Source: Eledone cirrhosa
Taxonomy: Eukaryota
Direction of reading: 5' to 3'
DNA: 64,000 nucleotides
Assembly (NCBI GenBank): GCA_964016885.1
Contig: OZ024745.1
Location: forward strand, 73,780,001-73,844,000
Positions 63,287-64,000 of this stretch are shown here, one piece after another (position 1 is the stretch's first letter; every line of letters starts with the position of its first letter). Below the pieces are notes generated by a model. It was not told where the DNA came from. It worked only from the letters and a program-made list of their open reading frames with translations, and ran no database searches. Made by a program: the position numbers and the translations under genes.

Positions 63287-63476
63287 GTGTTTTAGGGTGT
63301 ATTGGCAGTATCGGTAGAGGGTCGGACGCCATTCTTTACGGCATATAGTTACGGTTCTTTATATTCTGAATTCAAATCCCGCCGACGTTAACTTTGCCTT
63401 TTATCCTTTCGGAGTCGATAAAATAAAGTACCAGTAATGCACTGGGATAATTACTGGCCTTGTAGAAACAATTATT
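63287..63476 (+). mobile_element. SINE family 1 directly after the last (ATT)n
   Basis: TTGGCAGTATCGGTAGAGGGTCGG..TTCAAATCCCGCCG..AAAGTACCAGTAATGCACTGG..GGCCTTGTAGAAACAATTATT. Confidence 0.88.
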
Positions 63477-63555
63477 TTTATGTGTTTTTGTTCTCATACT
63501 GTCCCCAATGTGGTGGAACCATGTGGCCAATAAAAAAAAAATCATTATTATTATT
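63477..63555 (+). mobile_element. ~70-bp extreme 3' remnant of another Tx1-type element
   Basis: CTGTCCCC..CCATGTGGCCAATAAAAAAAAAAATC followed by (ATT)n resembles the subfamily C terminus. Confidence 0.6.
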
Positions 63556-64000
63556 GATTTTGTTATTTTTGTTGTGATTGTGGTGTCGTTCATGTTGTTG
63601 ATGATGATGATATAAATAATATCAATAATTTTGTTATTATTATTATGTTTGATTAAAAAGTTAATCAAGTTATTTTTTCAATTGCTACAATAAGAATGAG
63701 TGAAATTATTTGCATTTATATTAGTCATACGAATAATATTCCTATCAGGTATAAAAGATGATTCATTTTAAAATCAGTCTGTAGATGGCGCTAGTGGACT
63801 TAACAGTTAAGTAATTACAAAGTTGATTAAATATTAATATTAGTCTGGTGCTTACGTAATCATTCTTGCTTTCGATGAAAGTTGATTCCATTATGTATTT
63901 TACTTCTATGTAATATGGTAAGCAAGCATCACAAGACATTCTGTATCTTTAATGATTTAAATCTGCAGTAGAACTGCGTTGCTAAGGTAAAAAGGAAAAT

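Overview
AT-rich, microsatellite-dense animal DNA. The SINE families look like those of octopod cephalopods; this is from recall and not verified. No host gene is supportable. Bases 1-29.5 kb hold decayed repeats: tRNA-derived SINEs, CRE, RTE and R4/Dong remnants, a Penelope-like remnant with a hammerhead-like motif, a MITE, a Helentron-like tandem and a 272-bp-arm palindrome. Bases 29.5-63.5 kb are one continuous array of non-LTR retrotransposons, each separated from the next only by a short (ATT)n tract. The array holds five head-to-tail Tx1/L1-type elements on + (three 5'UTR/ORF1 types; copies 1 and 5 have intact ORF1 and ORF2) and three R4/Dong-type pieces on -. A small copy of the same architecture sits at 3.0-4.6 kb. 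Main findings: (1) APE-type and RLE-type elements share one microsatellite in opposite orientations; (2) a covarying CTTGT-loop hairpin is shared by the Tx1 3' ends, the SINE tails and the Tx1 5'UTRs; (3) conserved splice-like signals bracket the whole of ORF2 and predict an ORF1-only spliced RNA; (4) one copy is a chimera of two subfamilies.
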